Made by a program: the position numbers and the translations under genes
From: an uncultured Duncaniella sp.
GTDB taxonomy: Bacteria > Bacteroidota > Bacteroidia > Bacteroidales > Muribaculaceae
Assembly: GCA_910577255.1 (NCBI GenBank)
Contig: CAJTMH010000004.1
Coordinates: 99,505-163,504 of the forward strand
DNA length: 64,000 bases
Direction of reading: 5' to 3'
Part shown: positions 8,431-19,359 of the stretch, in pieces
How positions within the stretch are numbered: position 1 is the first letter of the stretch
Layout: every line of letters starts with the position of its first letter
Notes under the pieces: model-generated
What the model saw: only the letters and a program-made list of their open reading frames with translations
What the model was told of the DNA's origin: nothing
Databases searched by the model: none

Positions 8431-10515
8431 ATGACCCGACATAATCTCACCACCATATTTATAATCTGCGCAGCGATCCTGAGCGCTATCCCTGCACAAG
8501 CCATACGTGCGCGCCGCGGCATAATGACTGAAACACAGGCCGACGGTTCGACAATCGACATACGCATCCTCGGCGACGAGCACTTCCATGTCACCACAAC
8601 CTCCGACGGCTATCCGCTCGTGGAGGAGGATGGCATCTATTACTATGCCACTACCGACAGCGAAGGACGCCTCGTGGCCTCAACCCTCAAAGCACAGAAT
8701 CCTTCAGCGCGTTCGCTCGAGTCGCAGCTTTTCCTCAGCACCATCGACAAGAGCAAGGTGATGGCGGAGACTGTGGCATCGCGCCGCCAGCGCAACGCTT
8801 CACGAGCCAATGCCGCAATAAACCGCGCTCCGGCGAATATGCTGACCACCACTTTTCCGGGACACGGCGAGCAAAAGGTGCTGGTGATACTCGCCGAATA
8901 CTCCGATGTGAAGTTCTCCATATCCGATCCGTTCGGCTATTTCAATTCCATGCTCAACGAGGAGGGTTTCACCGGCGAAGGAGCCACGGGATCGGCCCGC
9001 GATTATTTCCTTGCCTCATCGGCAGGCCAGTTCTCCCCTATTTTTGATGTTTACGGTCCTGTCACTCTCCCGAACAACCGCACTTATTACGGAAGGAACA
9101 ATATATATGGCGATGACGACAAGGCCCACGAAATGATTATCCACGCCTGTGACATACTCAAAAAGGAGGGTGTGGACTTCACGCAATACGACCGCGACGA
9201 CGACGGCATCATCGACAATGTGTATCTCTTTTATGCCGGACGAGGCGAAGCTACCGGCGGTGGCAAGAATACTGTCTGGCCACATGCGTGGGAAATCTGG
9301 GCCGGAGCGAATGAGACACATATATATGATGGGAAACGCCTCGACCATTACGCCTGCTCCAACGAACTTCTCGACTCCCGAGGAACCGTGGACGGCATAG
9401 GTACTTTCTGCCATGAGTTCTCACATGTGCTCGGACTTCCCGACCTTTACTATACCGGCGACGGTGATTATGAGGAATATTGCACCCCCGACACATGGTC
9501 GATACTCGACTACGGCCCTTACAACAACAATAGCCGCACACCGCCACTGTATTCATCGTTTGAACGCATGTCGATGGGCTGGCTCACACCTGTCAAGATA
9601 AGCCGCGCAGCCAATATGACCCTCACCCCCATAGCCGACAATATCGCCTACATGGTGGAAACAGACAAGGAGAATGAGTTTTTCCTCTTTGAAAACCGCC
9701 AGACATCAGGATGGGACAAATATCTTGAGGGGAGCGGTATGCTTGTGTGGCATATCGACTACAATTCCTCACTATGGCATGACAATGAGGTCAACAACAC
9801 GGCCAATCATCAAAACGTGGATGTGGTAGAGGCAACAGCCCGCACCGACTATCAAGCTGCCGCGTCAGACGCGTTCCCCGGTCCCGGCAAAGTAACCTCG
9901 TTCACATACTCAACCACTCCGCGATTCGCGTCATGGAGCGGCAAAAACCCGGGATTCCCAATCACCGGCATCGCCCTTGCCGCCAACGGCAATGTGACTT
10001 TTAAAGCCGCCGAGGGAGCCGCTCTCTACATAGCTGCCCCAACGCCACTCAAAGCATCGGAGATTGAATCGGGCTCATTCACAGCCAACTGGGAAAGTGT
10101 GGCAGATGCTGAGCGCTACCTCATAACCCTCACTGACGAGACTTCAGGAAAGACACTGCTGACTAACGTGGATGCCGGCACTTCGGGCTGCCACACCATC
10201 ACGGGACTTACCCCGGACAACACCTACTCCTACACGGTGCGCTCGGTGGGCAACACTGTGGTGAGCTCTCCGTCGGCAAAAATGACGGTGACCACATCCG
10301 ACCTCTCGGACATAGACTCCGTGACCATTGACCGCAAGGGGGAAATCTCAGTCCGCGACAGGCATATAATAATCTCCGGCTCTGAGGAGGAGGTCGAAAT
10401 CTTCACGCTCCAGGGTATACGGATATACCGAGGCCAGGAACGTGAAATAGCTGTACGTCCGGGGCTCTATGTGGTGGCCATCGGAGGTCATGCCGAAAAG
10501 GTGGCGGTGAAATAA
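8431..10515 (+). CDS. M6-family (immune inhibitor A-like) zinc metalloprotease, T9SS cargo
   Basis: HEFSHVLGLPDLY (HExxH...D) zinc motif and signal peptide MTRHNLTTIFIICAAILSAIPAQA. C-terminal FN3-like domain plus CTD (...GLYVVAIGGHAEKVAVK). Start set at 8431 so the CDS clears the tRNA. Confidence 0.8.
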   Translation: MTRHNLTTIFIICAAILSAIPAQAIRARRGIMTETQADGSTIDIRILGDEHFHVTTTSDGYPLVEEDGIYYYATTDSEGRLVASTLKAQNPSARSLESQLFLSTIDKSKVMAETVASRRQRNASRANAAINRAPANMLTTTFPGHGEQKVLVILAEYSDVKFSISDPFGYFNSMLNEEGFTGEGATGSARDYFLASSAGQFSPIFDVYGPVTLPNNRTYYGRNNIYGDDDKAHEMIIHACDILKKEGVDFTQYDRDDDGIIDNVYLFYAGRGEATGGGKNTVWPHAWEIWAGANETHIYDGKRLDHYACSNELLDSRGTVDGIGTFCHEFSHVLGLPDLYYTGDGDYEEYCTPDTWSILDYGPYNNNSRTPPLYSSFERMSMGWLTPVKISRAANMTLTPIADNIAYMVETDKENEFFLFENRQTSGWDKYLEGSGMLVWHIDYNSSLWHDNEVNNTANHQNVDVVEATARTDYQAAASDAFPGPGKVTSFTYSTTPRFASWSGKNPGFPITGIALAANGNVTFKAAEGAALYIAAPTPLKASEIESGSFTANWESVADAERYLITLTDETSGKTLLTNVDAGTSGCHTITGLTPDNTYSYTVRSVGNTVVSSPSAKMTVTTSDLSDIDSVTIDRKGEISVRDRHIIISGSEEEVEIFTLQGIRIYRGQEREIAVRPGLYVVAIGGHAEKVAVK

Positions 10516-10580
10516 TCCACTGCCAACATCAGTACAGAATATAAAGTTTATGATTTCGGGAAATCGGGATCAGACGATGA

Positions 10581-11117
10581 TCATACAATCTTCAGATCCA
10601 TCACCTGCCGTCCATCAAGGTCGACAGCGAGGTGCTTACCGGCCGTAAGAACCACAGGCTCGGTGGAAAGCGGCAGGAATATCACGTCGCCCATCTTAAG
10701 CGTCATATACCGGCTCACCTGATGCACCGCCTCCGCTATGGCTTCGGCCTGAGGCGGAAGGATAAGTGACGCATCACCGACAAGAATCTCAACAGGAGCG
10801 GCGGCAACCGATGGCTCCAACCATTCTCCGTGAGCTATAGTCCCATCCATTCCTGACAATACGCCCTGCATAGCTTCATCACAGCCGGGAAGGGTGACAC
10901 GCAGTGCCACAGTGACGGCATCATAATAGCGCGAGGCAAATTTCACGGCCACATTTTTCCCCAACCGACCTATCCTGACCGCGAGGTGTCCGCACACGCT
11001 CCAACCGTCGCCCCAATCAGGTAAAAACAACGGACGACCGGGCAAAAGCATCGCTGAGTCGGGATGAATGTCGAGCATGAGAGGAGAGTCCGGATTGATG
11101 ATGCGGATTATTTTCAT
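10581..11117 (-). CDS. fumarylacetoacetate-hydrolase-family-like protein (divergent)
   Basis: 178 aa. C-terminal MTLKMGDVIFLP resembles the FAH-family ...L.PGDVI.TGTP segment. Assignment is weak. Confidence 0.4.
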   Translation of the reverse strand: MKIIRIINPDSPLMLDIHPDSAMLLPGRPLFLPDWGDGWSVCGHLAVRIGRLGKNVAVKFASRYYDAVTVALRVTLPGCDEAMQGVLSGMDGTIAHGEWLEPSVAAAPVEILVGDASLILPPQAEAIAEAVHQVSRYMTLKMGDVIFLPLSTEPVVLTAGKHLAVDLDGRQVMDLKIV

Positions 11118-11157
11118 TTGATAATGGGTTGAAAAGGTTGGAGGGTAAGGCTGATTG

Positions 11158-11790
11158 CTACTTCGATTTCATGCGGTTATACATCACCGCCAAATGAGCA
11201 TAGATAGAAGTATTCTGAATCGTGATGTCGGGCGAGGTGCGGATATGGAACGGTGTAAAATTCCACAAAGCCTTTATGCCTGAATTCACACAAAGCTCGG
11301 CCACCTCGGCCGCGCTCTCCACCGGGACGGCAATGACCGCAATCTCAGCTCCGAGAGCTTCGCGACGCGCAGGGAGCTCGGCAAGGTCGTAGATCGGCGT
11401 ACCATCAATTTCCGTACCCACAAGCGCCGGGTCGACATCAAATCCGGCCACAATATTCAGACCATAACGCGAGAGACCTGAATCGGCAATCAAAGCTGCG
11501 CCGAGGCTACCCACCCCCATCATCACCGCTTTATGATCACGGTGAAATCCGAGGAAATCAAGCAAGCCACGCTCAAGCTGGGCCACTTCATAGCCTATGC
11601 GTGTCTTACCCTTGATGTTGAGATAAGAGAGGTCCTTGGCTATCTGCGATGCGTCGACGTTCAGTTCCTGCGATATAGCGGTGGACGACACGTATTCCAC
11701 CCCTTGGGCACGAAGCCGCGAGACGCAAGCCAGATACCAAGGCAAGCGTCCGATGGCAGGTTCCGGGACGTAGATTTCAGTGTTCTCCAT
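11158..11790 (-). CDS. rex: redox-sensing transcriptional repressor Rex
   Basis: N-terminal winged helix (RLPWYLACVSRL...SSTAISQELNVDASQIAKDLSYL) plus Rossmann GVGSLGAAL. Confidence 0.85.
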   Translation of the reverse strand: MENTEIYVPEPAIGRLPWYLACVSRLRAQGVEYVSSTAISQELNVDASQIAKDLSYLNIKGKTRIGYEVAQLERGLLDFLGFHRDHKAVMMGVGSLGAALIADSGLSRYGLNIVAGFDVDPALVGTEIDGTPIYDLAELPARREALGAEIAVIAVPVESAAEVAELCVNSGIKALWNFTPFHIRTSPDITIQNTSIYAHLAVMYNRMKSK

Positions 11791-11891
11791 GCTTTAAATC
11801 AGTTACGTGAGGCAAAATTACAATTTTTTCATATAAAAGCCAAAACCATGACCTATAAATTGCTATTGCTCACTGATTGCGCCACAGACAT

Positions 11892-13052
11892 CTATCTGAC
11901 TTTACCACCGGTGATATCCTCGAATGTCGAGCGGTCCTCCTCCTTCTCGTCGGCCGACACACCACCACGGTTAAGTATGTATTCCTCATAGTAGGCCAGG
12001 CAGAGGGTGGTGAGAGGAAGGGCTATTATCATCCCTATAAGCCCCAGGAGCGTACCCCATACCGACAGTGACAGCAGGATAATGGCCGGATTGAGCCCCA
12101 TGGCCTTACCCATGATTTTCGGAGTGAGGATATAGTCGCAGATGCTCTGGCTCACCACGTAGACGAGTATACATTTGCCCCACACGCTCCAGAAACCGAC
12201 TTCTCCTCCCATCGAATATATTATGCATACGAGTGTTACCGGTATGAGCGTGACGTACTGGAAATAGGGTATCATGTAGAGGACCCCAACCAGTAAGCCG
12301 AGCAATATGGCCAATGGGATACCCACGATCGAGAACCCGATGCAATAGAACACCGCCGCGCAGAGGGCAAGGAGAGCCTGTCCGCGGAAATAGCGGTTCA
12401 TACTGTTCTTGATGTCATCTCCTACCTTGTAGGCTATCGGACGGTACTTTGGAGGCACAAGAAGCCTGAAACCCTTCATGAGCTGCTGGTAGTCAATGAG
12501 GATGAAAATCACATATATGAATGTCAGCAGCCACTCCAGGGTGTGCATCACCATCTCGATCGAGCCCGACACAAGGGCGGTGCCTTTCTCAAGGATGGTC
12601 TGTGCATGCTGTCCGCTGAGCGACTCGGCCACACGCTCGAGGTTGAAATTGCGGTGTATATAGTCGTGGACCTCATCGGGTATGAGAGGGAAAGTGGTAC
12701 CATGCTCCGAGTAGGCTTTTATCAAAAGCGACATCTGATGCATCTCGCTGAGCACCGACGGCAGACACAGATAGCAGATGGCCACGATGAAAAACGTGAC
12801 CTCAAAGAGTGTCACGAAGATGGCCACGATACGCCCGCGGAGATGCAGGAGCCGGCGGTTGAACTGCACAAGAGGCTCAAGCAGATAGGAAATCAGACAT
12901 GCGAGACAGAAGGGAAGCAACACATTTTTAAGCGTGTTGATGAGCCATACCGCCCCAACTATGAACGCTATGGTGATAAGTATGCGTATTACACGGTCAA
13001 ATGTAAACGGACGAGAATGTGATATGCTCCCGGTCTTCATAAATCGAAACAA
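11892..13052 (-). CDS. AI-2E family transporter (PerM-like permease)
   Basis: 386 aa, ~8 TM helices, layout typical of AI-2E/UPF0118 proteins. Confidence 0.75.
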   Translation of the reverse strand: MFRFMKTGSISHSRPFTFDRVIRILITIAFIVGAVWLINTLKNVLLPFCLACLISYLLEPLVQFNRRLLHLRGRIVAIFVTLFEVTFFIVAICYLCLPSVLSEMHQMSLLIKAYSEHGTTFPLIPDEVHDYIHRNFNLERVAESLSGQHAQTILEKGTALVSGSIEMVMHTLEWLLTFIYVIFILIDYQQLMKGFRLLVPPKYRPIAYKVGDDIKNSMNRYFRGQALLALCAAVFYCIGFSIVGIPLAILLGLLVGVLYMIPYFQYVTLIPVTLVCIIYSMGGEVGFWSVWGKCILVYVVSQSICDYILTPKIMGKAMGLNPAIILLSLSVWGTLLGLIGMIIALPLTTLCLAYYEEYILNRGGVSADEKEEDRSTFEDITGGKVR

Positions 13053-13108
13053 TGAAACGTTACCTGTAAATATAATGACTGAGGAGGCGATAATGTTTGA
13101 AAAATTTG

Positions 13109-13116
13109 TAACTTTG
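13109..13116 (+). promoter_or_regulatory. -7 promoter box (TAACTTTG) for gltX
   Basis: TAnnTTTG 28 nt upstream of the ATG, with a TTTG about 10-13 nt upstream, closer than the usual -33 spacing. Confidence 0.4.
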
Positions 13117-13143
13117 CAATCTGATTAACAACCGAATCCTACT

Positions 13144-14670
13144 ATGAACCGTAAAGTACGCGTGAGATTCGCCCCCTCACCCACCGGGCCGCTACATATC
13201 GGCGGTGTGCGCACCGCTCTCTACAACTATCTTTTCGCCCGTCGCCACGGCGGAGAGATGATACTCCGTATAGAGGACACTGACTCCAACAGATTTGTCC
13301 CCGGAGCTGAGGACTACATCAACGAGTCGCTCAAATGGCTCGGTATAAAAATCGACGAAGGTGTCCGTGAAGGTGGCAACTACGGCCCCTACAAGCAGAG
13401 CGAACGTCGTGACATCTACCGCGAGTATGTGAAGCAGCTACTTGACAACGGCAAAGCATACATGGCTTTCGACACCCCCGAAGAACTCGAAGCAGCCCGC
13501 GCAGCCACACCCAACTTCCAGTATGATGCATCGACCCGCCTGAACATGCGCAACTCCTTGGCTCTCCCCGCCGAAGAGGTGAAACGCCTGCTCGATGAAG
13601 GGACACCCTACGTGGTACGCTTCCTCATAGAACCGGGACGCGACGTGGAAGTTATAGACCTGCTCAGGGGCAAAGTGACCATCAACTCGTCGATTCTCGA
13701 CGACAAGGTGCTCTACAAGAGCGCAGACGACCTCCCCACCTATCATCTGGCCAACATCGTCGACGACCACCTCATGGAAGTCTCCCACGTGATACGCGGT
13801 GAAGAATGGCTCCCATCGGCACCACTCCATTTCCTCCTCTACGAGGCATTCGGCTGGGGCGACACTCGTCCTGAATTCGTCCACCTCCCGCTCCTCCTCA
13901 AACCCGACGGCAAGGGTAAGCTCTCGAAGCGCGACGGCGACCGCCTCGGCTTCCCGGTGTTCCCCCTCGAGTGGCACGACCCCAAGACAGGCGCCATCTC
14001 AAGCGGTTACCGCGAATCAGGCTATCTCCCCGAGGCTGTCATCAATTTCCTGGCGCTCCTCGGCTGGAATCCCGGCGATGACACCGAAATCATGTCGATG
14101 GACGAGCTCATCGAGAAATTCTCATTTGACCACTGCTCACGCTCAGGAGCCAAATTCGCCTACGACAAAGGCCGTTGGTTCAACCACGAATATCTCCAGA
14201 CCACACCCGACGCGGAACTTGCCCAGCTTTTCCGCCCGGTGCTTGCCGCCCACGGCGTAAACCCCGACGACTTCTCCGATGACTACATCACACGCGTGGT
14301 AGGACTCGTGAAGGGCCGTATCAACTTCGTGGCCGACCTCTGGGACCAGGCCAAATTCTTCTTCACCGCCCCGACAGAATATGCCGAAAAGGATATCAAG
14401 AAACGCTGGAAAGAGGACACCCCCGCCATACTCACCGAGCTTATCGAGGTGCTCCGTTCACTCCCCGACTTCAGCTCGAAGGGAGCCGAACCTGTGGTGC
14501 TCGACTGGGTGGCGCAGAAAGGCTATCATCTCGGCAATGTGATGAACGCTTTCCGCCTCACGCTCGTCGGCGAATGCAAAGGTCCCCACATCTTCGACAT
14601 CACCGAACTGCTCGGACGCGATGAGACCATCAGACGTATAGCCAAAGGGATTGAAACCATCAATGCGTAA
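13144..14670 (+). CDS. gltX: glutamate--tRNA ligase
   Basis: Class I signatures PTGPLHIGG (HIGH) and KLSKR (KMSKS). 508 aa. Confidence 0.95.
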   Translation: MNRKVRVRFAPSPTGPLHIGGVRTALYNYLFARRHGGEMILRIEDTDSNRFVPGAEDYINESLKWLGIKIDEGVREGGNYGPYKQSERRDIYREYVKQLLDNGKAYMAFDTPEELEAARAATPNFQYDASTRLNMRNSLALPAEEVKRLLDEGTPYVVRFLIEPGRDVEVIDLLRGKVTINSSILDDKVLYKSADDLPTYHLANIVDDHLMEVSHVIRGEEWLPSAPLHFLLYEAFGWGDTRPEFVHLPLLLKPDGKGKLSKRDGDRLGFPVFPLEWHDPKTGAISSGYRESGYLPEAVINFLALLGWNPGDDTEIMSMDELIEKFSFDHCSRSGAKFAYDKGRWFNHEYLQTTPDAELAQLFRPVLAAHGVNPDDFSDDYITRVVGLVKGRINFVADLWDQAKFFFTAPTEYAEKDIKKRWKEDTPAILTELIEVLRSLPDFSSKGAEPVVLDWVAQKGYHLGNVMNAFRLTLVGECKGPHIFDITELLGRDETIRRIAKGIETINA

Positions 14671-14676
14671 CGCTAT

Positions 14677-15648
14677 ATGATAAAGGTAGGAATCATAGGA
14701 GGGTCGGGATACGCAGCCGGAGAGCTGGTGAGAATCCTCATCAACCACCCCGACGTGGAAATCAAATGGGTACACTCGCGCACAGTGGCAGGTCAGCGCA
14801 TAGTGGATGTCCACCAGGGCCTCCACGGAGAGACCGACATGAACTTCTCGAGCACTTACGACCTCGGGAACATCGATGTACTCTTCTGTTGCCGTCCGGC
14901 CGGAAAAACCCGCGAGTTCCTCGCCGATAACGCCATACCGGAAAATCTCAAAATCATCGACCTTGCACGTGACTACCGCATAGAGGACGGCACCCACGAC
15001 TTCGTCTATGGCCTCTCGGAACTCAACCGCAAGCGCATAGTGCGAGGAGCCATGCATGTTGCCAACCCTGGATGCCTGGCCATGGTGGTGGAACTTTCTC
15101 TCATGCCTCTGGCCAAAAACCTCCTCCTGAACAGCGACATCCACACCACAATCATCACGGGGAGCACCAGCGACGGCGGCGAACTACGTCCCTCATCCCA
15201 CTACTCGCGACGCAACGACAACCTCGTGGTCTACCGGCCTTTCGCTCATCAGCAGCAGCCCGAAATCCTACAGGCCCTGCGTGCTGCCCAGCAAAGCTTC
15301 AACGCCAAGCTCCACATGGTGCCTATCCGCGGACCGTTCTCGCGCGGCATCATGGCCGTTAGCTACATGGACTGTCCCCTTGAGCTGACGGATGTAATAA
15401 AGCTATACAAGGACTATTTCGACGACCATAATTTCACCTTCATAACATCAAAAATCCCCGATTTGAAGGATGTGGTCAACACTAATAAGTGTATAATACA
15501 TCTTGACAAAATAGAAGGACGCCTCATGGTCACAGCCGTCATCGACAATCTCCTTAAGGGTGGCGCCGGCAACGCTGTGCATAACATGAACCTCCTATTC
15601 GGACTTCAGGAGACCACCGGTCTCACCATGAAGTCGGTGGCATTCTGA
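14677..15648 (+). CDS. argC: N-acetyl-gamma-glutamyl-phosphate reductase
   Basis: GGSGYAAGEL NAD-binding N-terminus and catalytic-Cys context ANPGC. 323 aa. Confidence 0.9.
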   Translation: MIKVGIIGGSGYAAGELVRILINHPDVEIKWVHSRTVAGQRIVDVHQGLHGETDMNFSSTYDLGNIDVLFCCRPAGKTREFLADNAIPENLKIIDLARDYRIEDGTHDFVYGLSELNRKRIVRGAMHVANPGCLAMVVELSLMPLAKNLLLNSDIHTTIITGSTSDGGELRPSSHYSRRNDNLVVYRPFAHQQQPEILQALRAAQQSFNAKLHMVPIRGPFSRGIMAVSYMDCPLELTDVIKLYKDYFDDHNFTFITSKIPDLKDVVNTNKCIIHLDKIEGRLMVTAVIDNLLKGGAGNAVHNMNLLFGLQETTGLTMKSVAF

Positions 15649-15718
15649 CATTCCGGAGCTGAAAGCCGCCACCTAACACATCACAACGCCTTTCCGAAGG
15701 CGAGATTTATCGAACAGA

Positions 15719-15772
15719 TTGCGGAACGCGTCGATGTCTTCATGGCATCCATCGGCGTTCCGCAAACTTTTT
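15719..15772 (+). terminator. rho-independent terminator after argC
   Basis: Long hairpin TTGCGGAACGCGTCGATG...CATCGGCGTTCCGCAA followed by ACTTTTT. Confidence 0.5.
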
Positions 15773-15908
15773 ATATACTTACGCGTAAATATAACTAAGG
15801 TGTAAGCCCATACATCACAGCTCGTTAACACCTATTCAGTGATTATAATTTCTGTCGTCAAAACATAAGTGATTGTCTATCTTGCTTGTGGCCGCACGTC
15901 AAAGTCGA

Positions 15909-15916
15909 TACCTTTG
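15909..15916 (+). promoter_or_regulatory. -7 promoter box (TACCTTTG) for the efflux operon
   Basis: TAnnTTTG match ~118 nt upstream of the TolC-like start. Confidence 0.3.
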
Positions 15917-16033
15917 CCCCACATTCACCCGGGGCAACCGGAGGGGAGCACCGTGGGAGTCCCACACTCGAATTGACACATTGCCACAATCCTTACCCAT
16001 CCCGATTACCCCCCCTCACAAATCATCTTCGTT

Positions 16034-17335
16034 ATGTTGAAACATCATCTGTCCCTTATCGGATTGCTCGCAGTAGCCACCGTGGCAGCCCAGACAAGGG
16101 AGGTCTGGACTTATCAGGACTGCGTTGACTATGCCCGCGAGCACAACATCTCGCTCCAGCAGTCACAACTGGCCGAGCAGCGTACCGACTATTCGGTTGA
16201 AGCCGCGAAAGCCCAATGGGAGCCCACCCTCGATTTCGGCACCTCGCATGCTTTCTCCAACTCCATCTGGGGTGAAGGAAAACACAACACCCTCGGAGGT
16301 AATTTCAGCCTCAACGCCGGGTGGAACGTATATAACGGCGGAATCCGTTCGAACACCATCAAGCTCAACAGAAAACAGAGCGAAATCGACGCGCTGGCCA
16401 CATCTGACCTCTTCCGCACCATAGAGACCGACATCCTGACGGTATACCTAAATATTCTCTACGCCCAGGAGTCGATAGCTATCTACGAGGAGACCGTACA
16501 GCTTTCCAAAGCCCAGACCGACCGTGCGCGCCAACTCATGGAGGCAGGTACCCTCTCACGTGTCGACTACACCCAACTGCTGGCGCAACTCGAGCAGGAC
16601 AACTATAGCCTCGTCAATGCAAAGAGCCAGTATGCCACCCGCCGCATGGAGCTGAAAAAACTCCTGCAACTCGGTCTTACCGACTCCATCACGCCCGCCA
16701 CCGTTCACTGGCCGGAGGCAGAAGTCCTCGCGCCGCTCCCTCCCATCGAGGAGAGTTATGCCATGGCCATCGATACTGACCTGCAGCTCAAGTCGCTATC
16801 ACTACGCAAGGAAGCCGCTGACCTCAACATAGCTATAGCTAAAGCCGGCAGAGCACCGCGCATCGACCTGAACGCCGGTGTGAGCACCGCCTACGCAGTC
16901 CCCGCCGACAACTTCGGCAAGCAACTGCGCAATTCGCTCAGCGAACAGATAGGCATATCCTTCTCACTCCCTATCTTCGATCAGAAGAAGACAAAGGTGG
17001 CAGTTGCACAAGCCAATATCGACAAGATGGGAATTGAGCTCGATACCGACCAGCGCCTACTTGACCTCTCACAGACCATCGAGACATGGTATGTAGATGT
17101 CCGTGAAGCCCAAAGCCGTTACACAGCCGCCATCGAGCAGGAAAAGTCCGCCTCACTGAGCAACACCCTCGTCACCGAACGTTTCACCCTCGGTCTCGTC
17201 AATCCGGTGGAACTCCTCACAGCCCACAACAATCTTCTCGAGGCACGCCATGCGCTGCTTCAGGCCAAGTACATGACTTTGCTTGGGCGCAAAATGATTG
17301 ATTTCTACCGTACGGCCTCCATAGCGTTGCCCTAA
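16034..17335 (+). CDS. TolC-family outer membrane efflux protein
   Basis: Signal peptide and two-repeat OEP architecture. First gene of an OMF/adaptor/ABC operon. Confidence 0.85.
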   Translation: MLKHHLSLIGLLAVATVAAQTREVWTYQDCVDYAREHNISLQQSQLAEQRTDYSVEAAKAQWEPTLDFGTSHAFSNSIWGEGKHNTLGGNFSLNAGWNVYNGGIRSNTIKLNRKQSEIDALATSDLFRTIETDILTVYLNILYAQESIAIYEETVQLSKAQTDRARQLMEAGTLSRVDYTQLLAQLEQDNYSLVNAKSQYATRRMELKKLLQLGLTDSITPATVHWPEAEVLAPLPPIEESYAMAIDTDLQLKSLSLRKEAADLNIAIAKAGRAPRIDLNAGVSTAYAVPADNFGKQLRNSLSEQIGISFSLPIFDQKKTKVAVAQANIDKMGIELDTDQRLLDLSQTIETWYVDVREAQSRYTAAIEQEKSASLSNTLVTERFTLGLVNPVELLTAHNNLLEARHALLQAKYMTLLGRKMIDFYRTASIALP

Positions 17336-17368
17336 TCCACCAGCATCACCGATAACACCAATTCAACT

Positions 17369-18538
17369 ATGAGAAAAGCAAAATACATAGCATGCATCGC
17401 CATAGCAGCCCTCATGACCGCCGGCTGCAAGAAAGAGGCAAAGATAGCACTCAACACCCAGAAAGTATCAGCCGGAGACATCAGCGAGACCGTCACGGCC
17501 ACCGGCACACTTGAATCGGTTACGCAGGTCGACGTGGGCACACAGGTCACCGGCATCATCGACAAGCTGTATGTCGACTTCAACTCCGTTGTTACCAAGG
17601 GACAGCTCATAGCCGAAATAGAGAAGACCATCCTGCAGGCCGACCTCAACAGCGCCGACGCCACCCTCGAATCAGCCCGACTGACCTACGAATACACCCT
17701 CACAAACTATAAGCGCGACAAGGCTCTCTATGACAAAGACCTCATAAGCCAGTATGACTACCAGACCTCACTGAAGGACTATAAGGTGGCCGAACAGGCC
17801 TATGACAAGGCTCAGGCTGACCGCGTGAGAGCCGCCAAGAACCTCAACTACGCCGAAATTTATTCGCCTATCGACGGCATCGTCATCTCACGCGAGGTCG
17901 AGGTAGGCCAGACCGTGGTGTCCAACATGAGCGTGGCCAACCTCTACACCATAGCCGACCTTGACCACATGCAGGTTGTCGGCAACGTGGACGAAGCCGA
18001 CATAGGCCAGGTGAAGGTGGGCCAGCGTGTGGTATTCACTGTTGACGCTTACCCCGATGATTCTTTCGAGGGACATGTCACACAGGTCCGCCTCTCTGCC
18101 ACCACCGAGAGCAACGTCGTGACCTACGAGGTGATTGTCTCGGCCAACAATGATGACCACAAACTCATCCCCGGACTCACCGCCAACCTCACCATATATG
18201 TCCTGGAGGAGAACGGTGTCATCACCGTACCTGTCTCAGCCACAAAATTCACTCCGCGCGACTATCCGGATGTCAAAGGACTTCCGCAGCCTGCATCATC
18301 AGCCAAAGGCTCTGACAGCAACGCCGACCATGTATATGTAGTGCGTGGCGACAGCTTGTATTACACCCCTGTGCAACTCGGGGCAGCCAACGGCATAAAC
18401 GTGGCAGTGACATCCGGACTTAAGGACGGCGACGTGGTGGCATTGGGATATGAATCGGCACAGGCAGCCGCTGATGCCGATAAGTCACAGACCCAGAGCA
18501 GCCCCTTCGCGCCAAAGCGTCCCAACCAGAAAAAGTAA
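17369..18538 (+). CDS. efflux periplasmic adaptor subunit (MacA/HlyD-like)
   Basis: Lipoprotein-like N-terminus (LMTAGC) with coiled-coil hairpin and beta-barrel segments typical of MFP adaptors. Confidence 0.85.
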   Translation: MRKAKYIACIAIAALMTAGCKKEAKIALNTQKVSAGDISETVTATGTLESVTQVDVGTQVTGIIDKLYVDFNSVVTKGQLIAEIEKTILQADLNSADATLESARLTYEYTLTNYKRDKALYDKDLISQYDYQTSLKDYKVAEQAYDKAQADRVRAAKNLNYAEIYSPIDGIVISREVEVGQTVVSNMSVANLYTIADLDHMQVVGNVDEADIGQVKVGQRVVFTVDAYPDDSFEGHVTQVRLSATTESNVVTYEVIVSANNDDHKLIPGLTANLTIYVLEENGVITVPVSATKFTPRDYPDVKGLPQPASSAKGSDSNADHVYVVRGDSLYYTPVQLGAANGINVAVTSGLKDGDVVALGYESAQAAADADKSQTQSSPFAPKRPNQKK

Positions 18539-18580
18539 ACTCTTCTCCACCACCTATATATAAAAAATCCACCTCCAGCC

Positions 18581-19330
18581 ATGTCTGATCGTGAAATAAT
18601 CGTTCTTGAGAACATCCGGCGCAACTTCATAGTAGGCGACGAGACCGTCCACGCCCTCCGCGGGGTATCGTTCCGCATCCGTGAAGGAGAGTTTGTCACC
18701 ATCATGGGTACATCCGGTTCCGGCAAATCCACTCTCCTCAACATCCTTGGATGCCTCGACACCCCCACATCGGGCGAGTATCTGCTCGACGGTATATCCG
18801 TACAGAAGATGAGCAAGAACGAGCGCGCGGTAATACGAAACCGAAAAATCGGATTCGTATTCCAGAACTACAACCTGCTCCCTAAGACAACGTCGCTCGA
18901 CAACGTCGAACTACCGCTCCTCTACAACTCCGCCTACAATGCCAAGGAGCGCCGCGAACGAGCCATACGCGCACTTGATGCCGTGGGGCTGCATGACCGC
19001 CTCTATCACCGCAGCAATCAGATGTCGGGCGGACAGCAGCAGCGAGTGGCCATTGCAAGAGCTCTTGTCAACGATCCGGTGATAATCCTCGCCGATGAAG
19101 CCACCGGCAACCTTGACACGCGCACCTCATTCAGCATTCTCACCCTCTTTCAGGAACTCCACGCGCGCGGCCGCACCATCATCTTCGTGACCCACAACCC
19201 CGAGCTCTCCGACTTCTCCTCTCGCAACATCGTGCTCCGCGACGGCCGTGTCATATCCGACACCTACAACGATCACCCGGCATCGGCCCGCGAAGTCTAC
19301 GAAGCCCTTCCCAAAGAGACCGACCTCTAA
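18581..19330 (+). CDS. ABC transporter ATP-binding protein (MacB-type ATPase as a separate polypeptide)
   Basis: Walker [10 protein letters not shown], signature [15 protein letters not shown], Walker B IILADE. Confidence 0.9.
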   Translation: MSDREIIVLENIRRNFIVGDETVHALRGVSFRIREGEFVTIMGTSGSGKSTLLNILGCLDTPTSGEYLLDGISVQKMSKNERAVIRNRKIGFVFQNYNLLPKTTSLDNVELPLLYNSAYNAKERRERAIRALDAVGLHDRLYHRSNQMSGGQQQRVAIARALVNDPVIILADEATGNLDTRTSFSILTLFQELHARGRTIIFVTHNPELSDFSSRNIVLRDGRVISDTYNDHPASAREVYEALPKETDL

Positions 19331-19359
19331 CCAACAACCTACCTCATTCACCAAGCTTC

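Noticed and set aside
14458-15144. 228-aa minus-strand ORF spanning the gltX/argC junction
   Set aside because: It is antisense to two well-supported genes and has His/Val/Glu-rich shadow composition.
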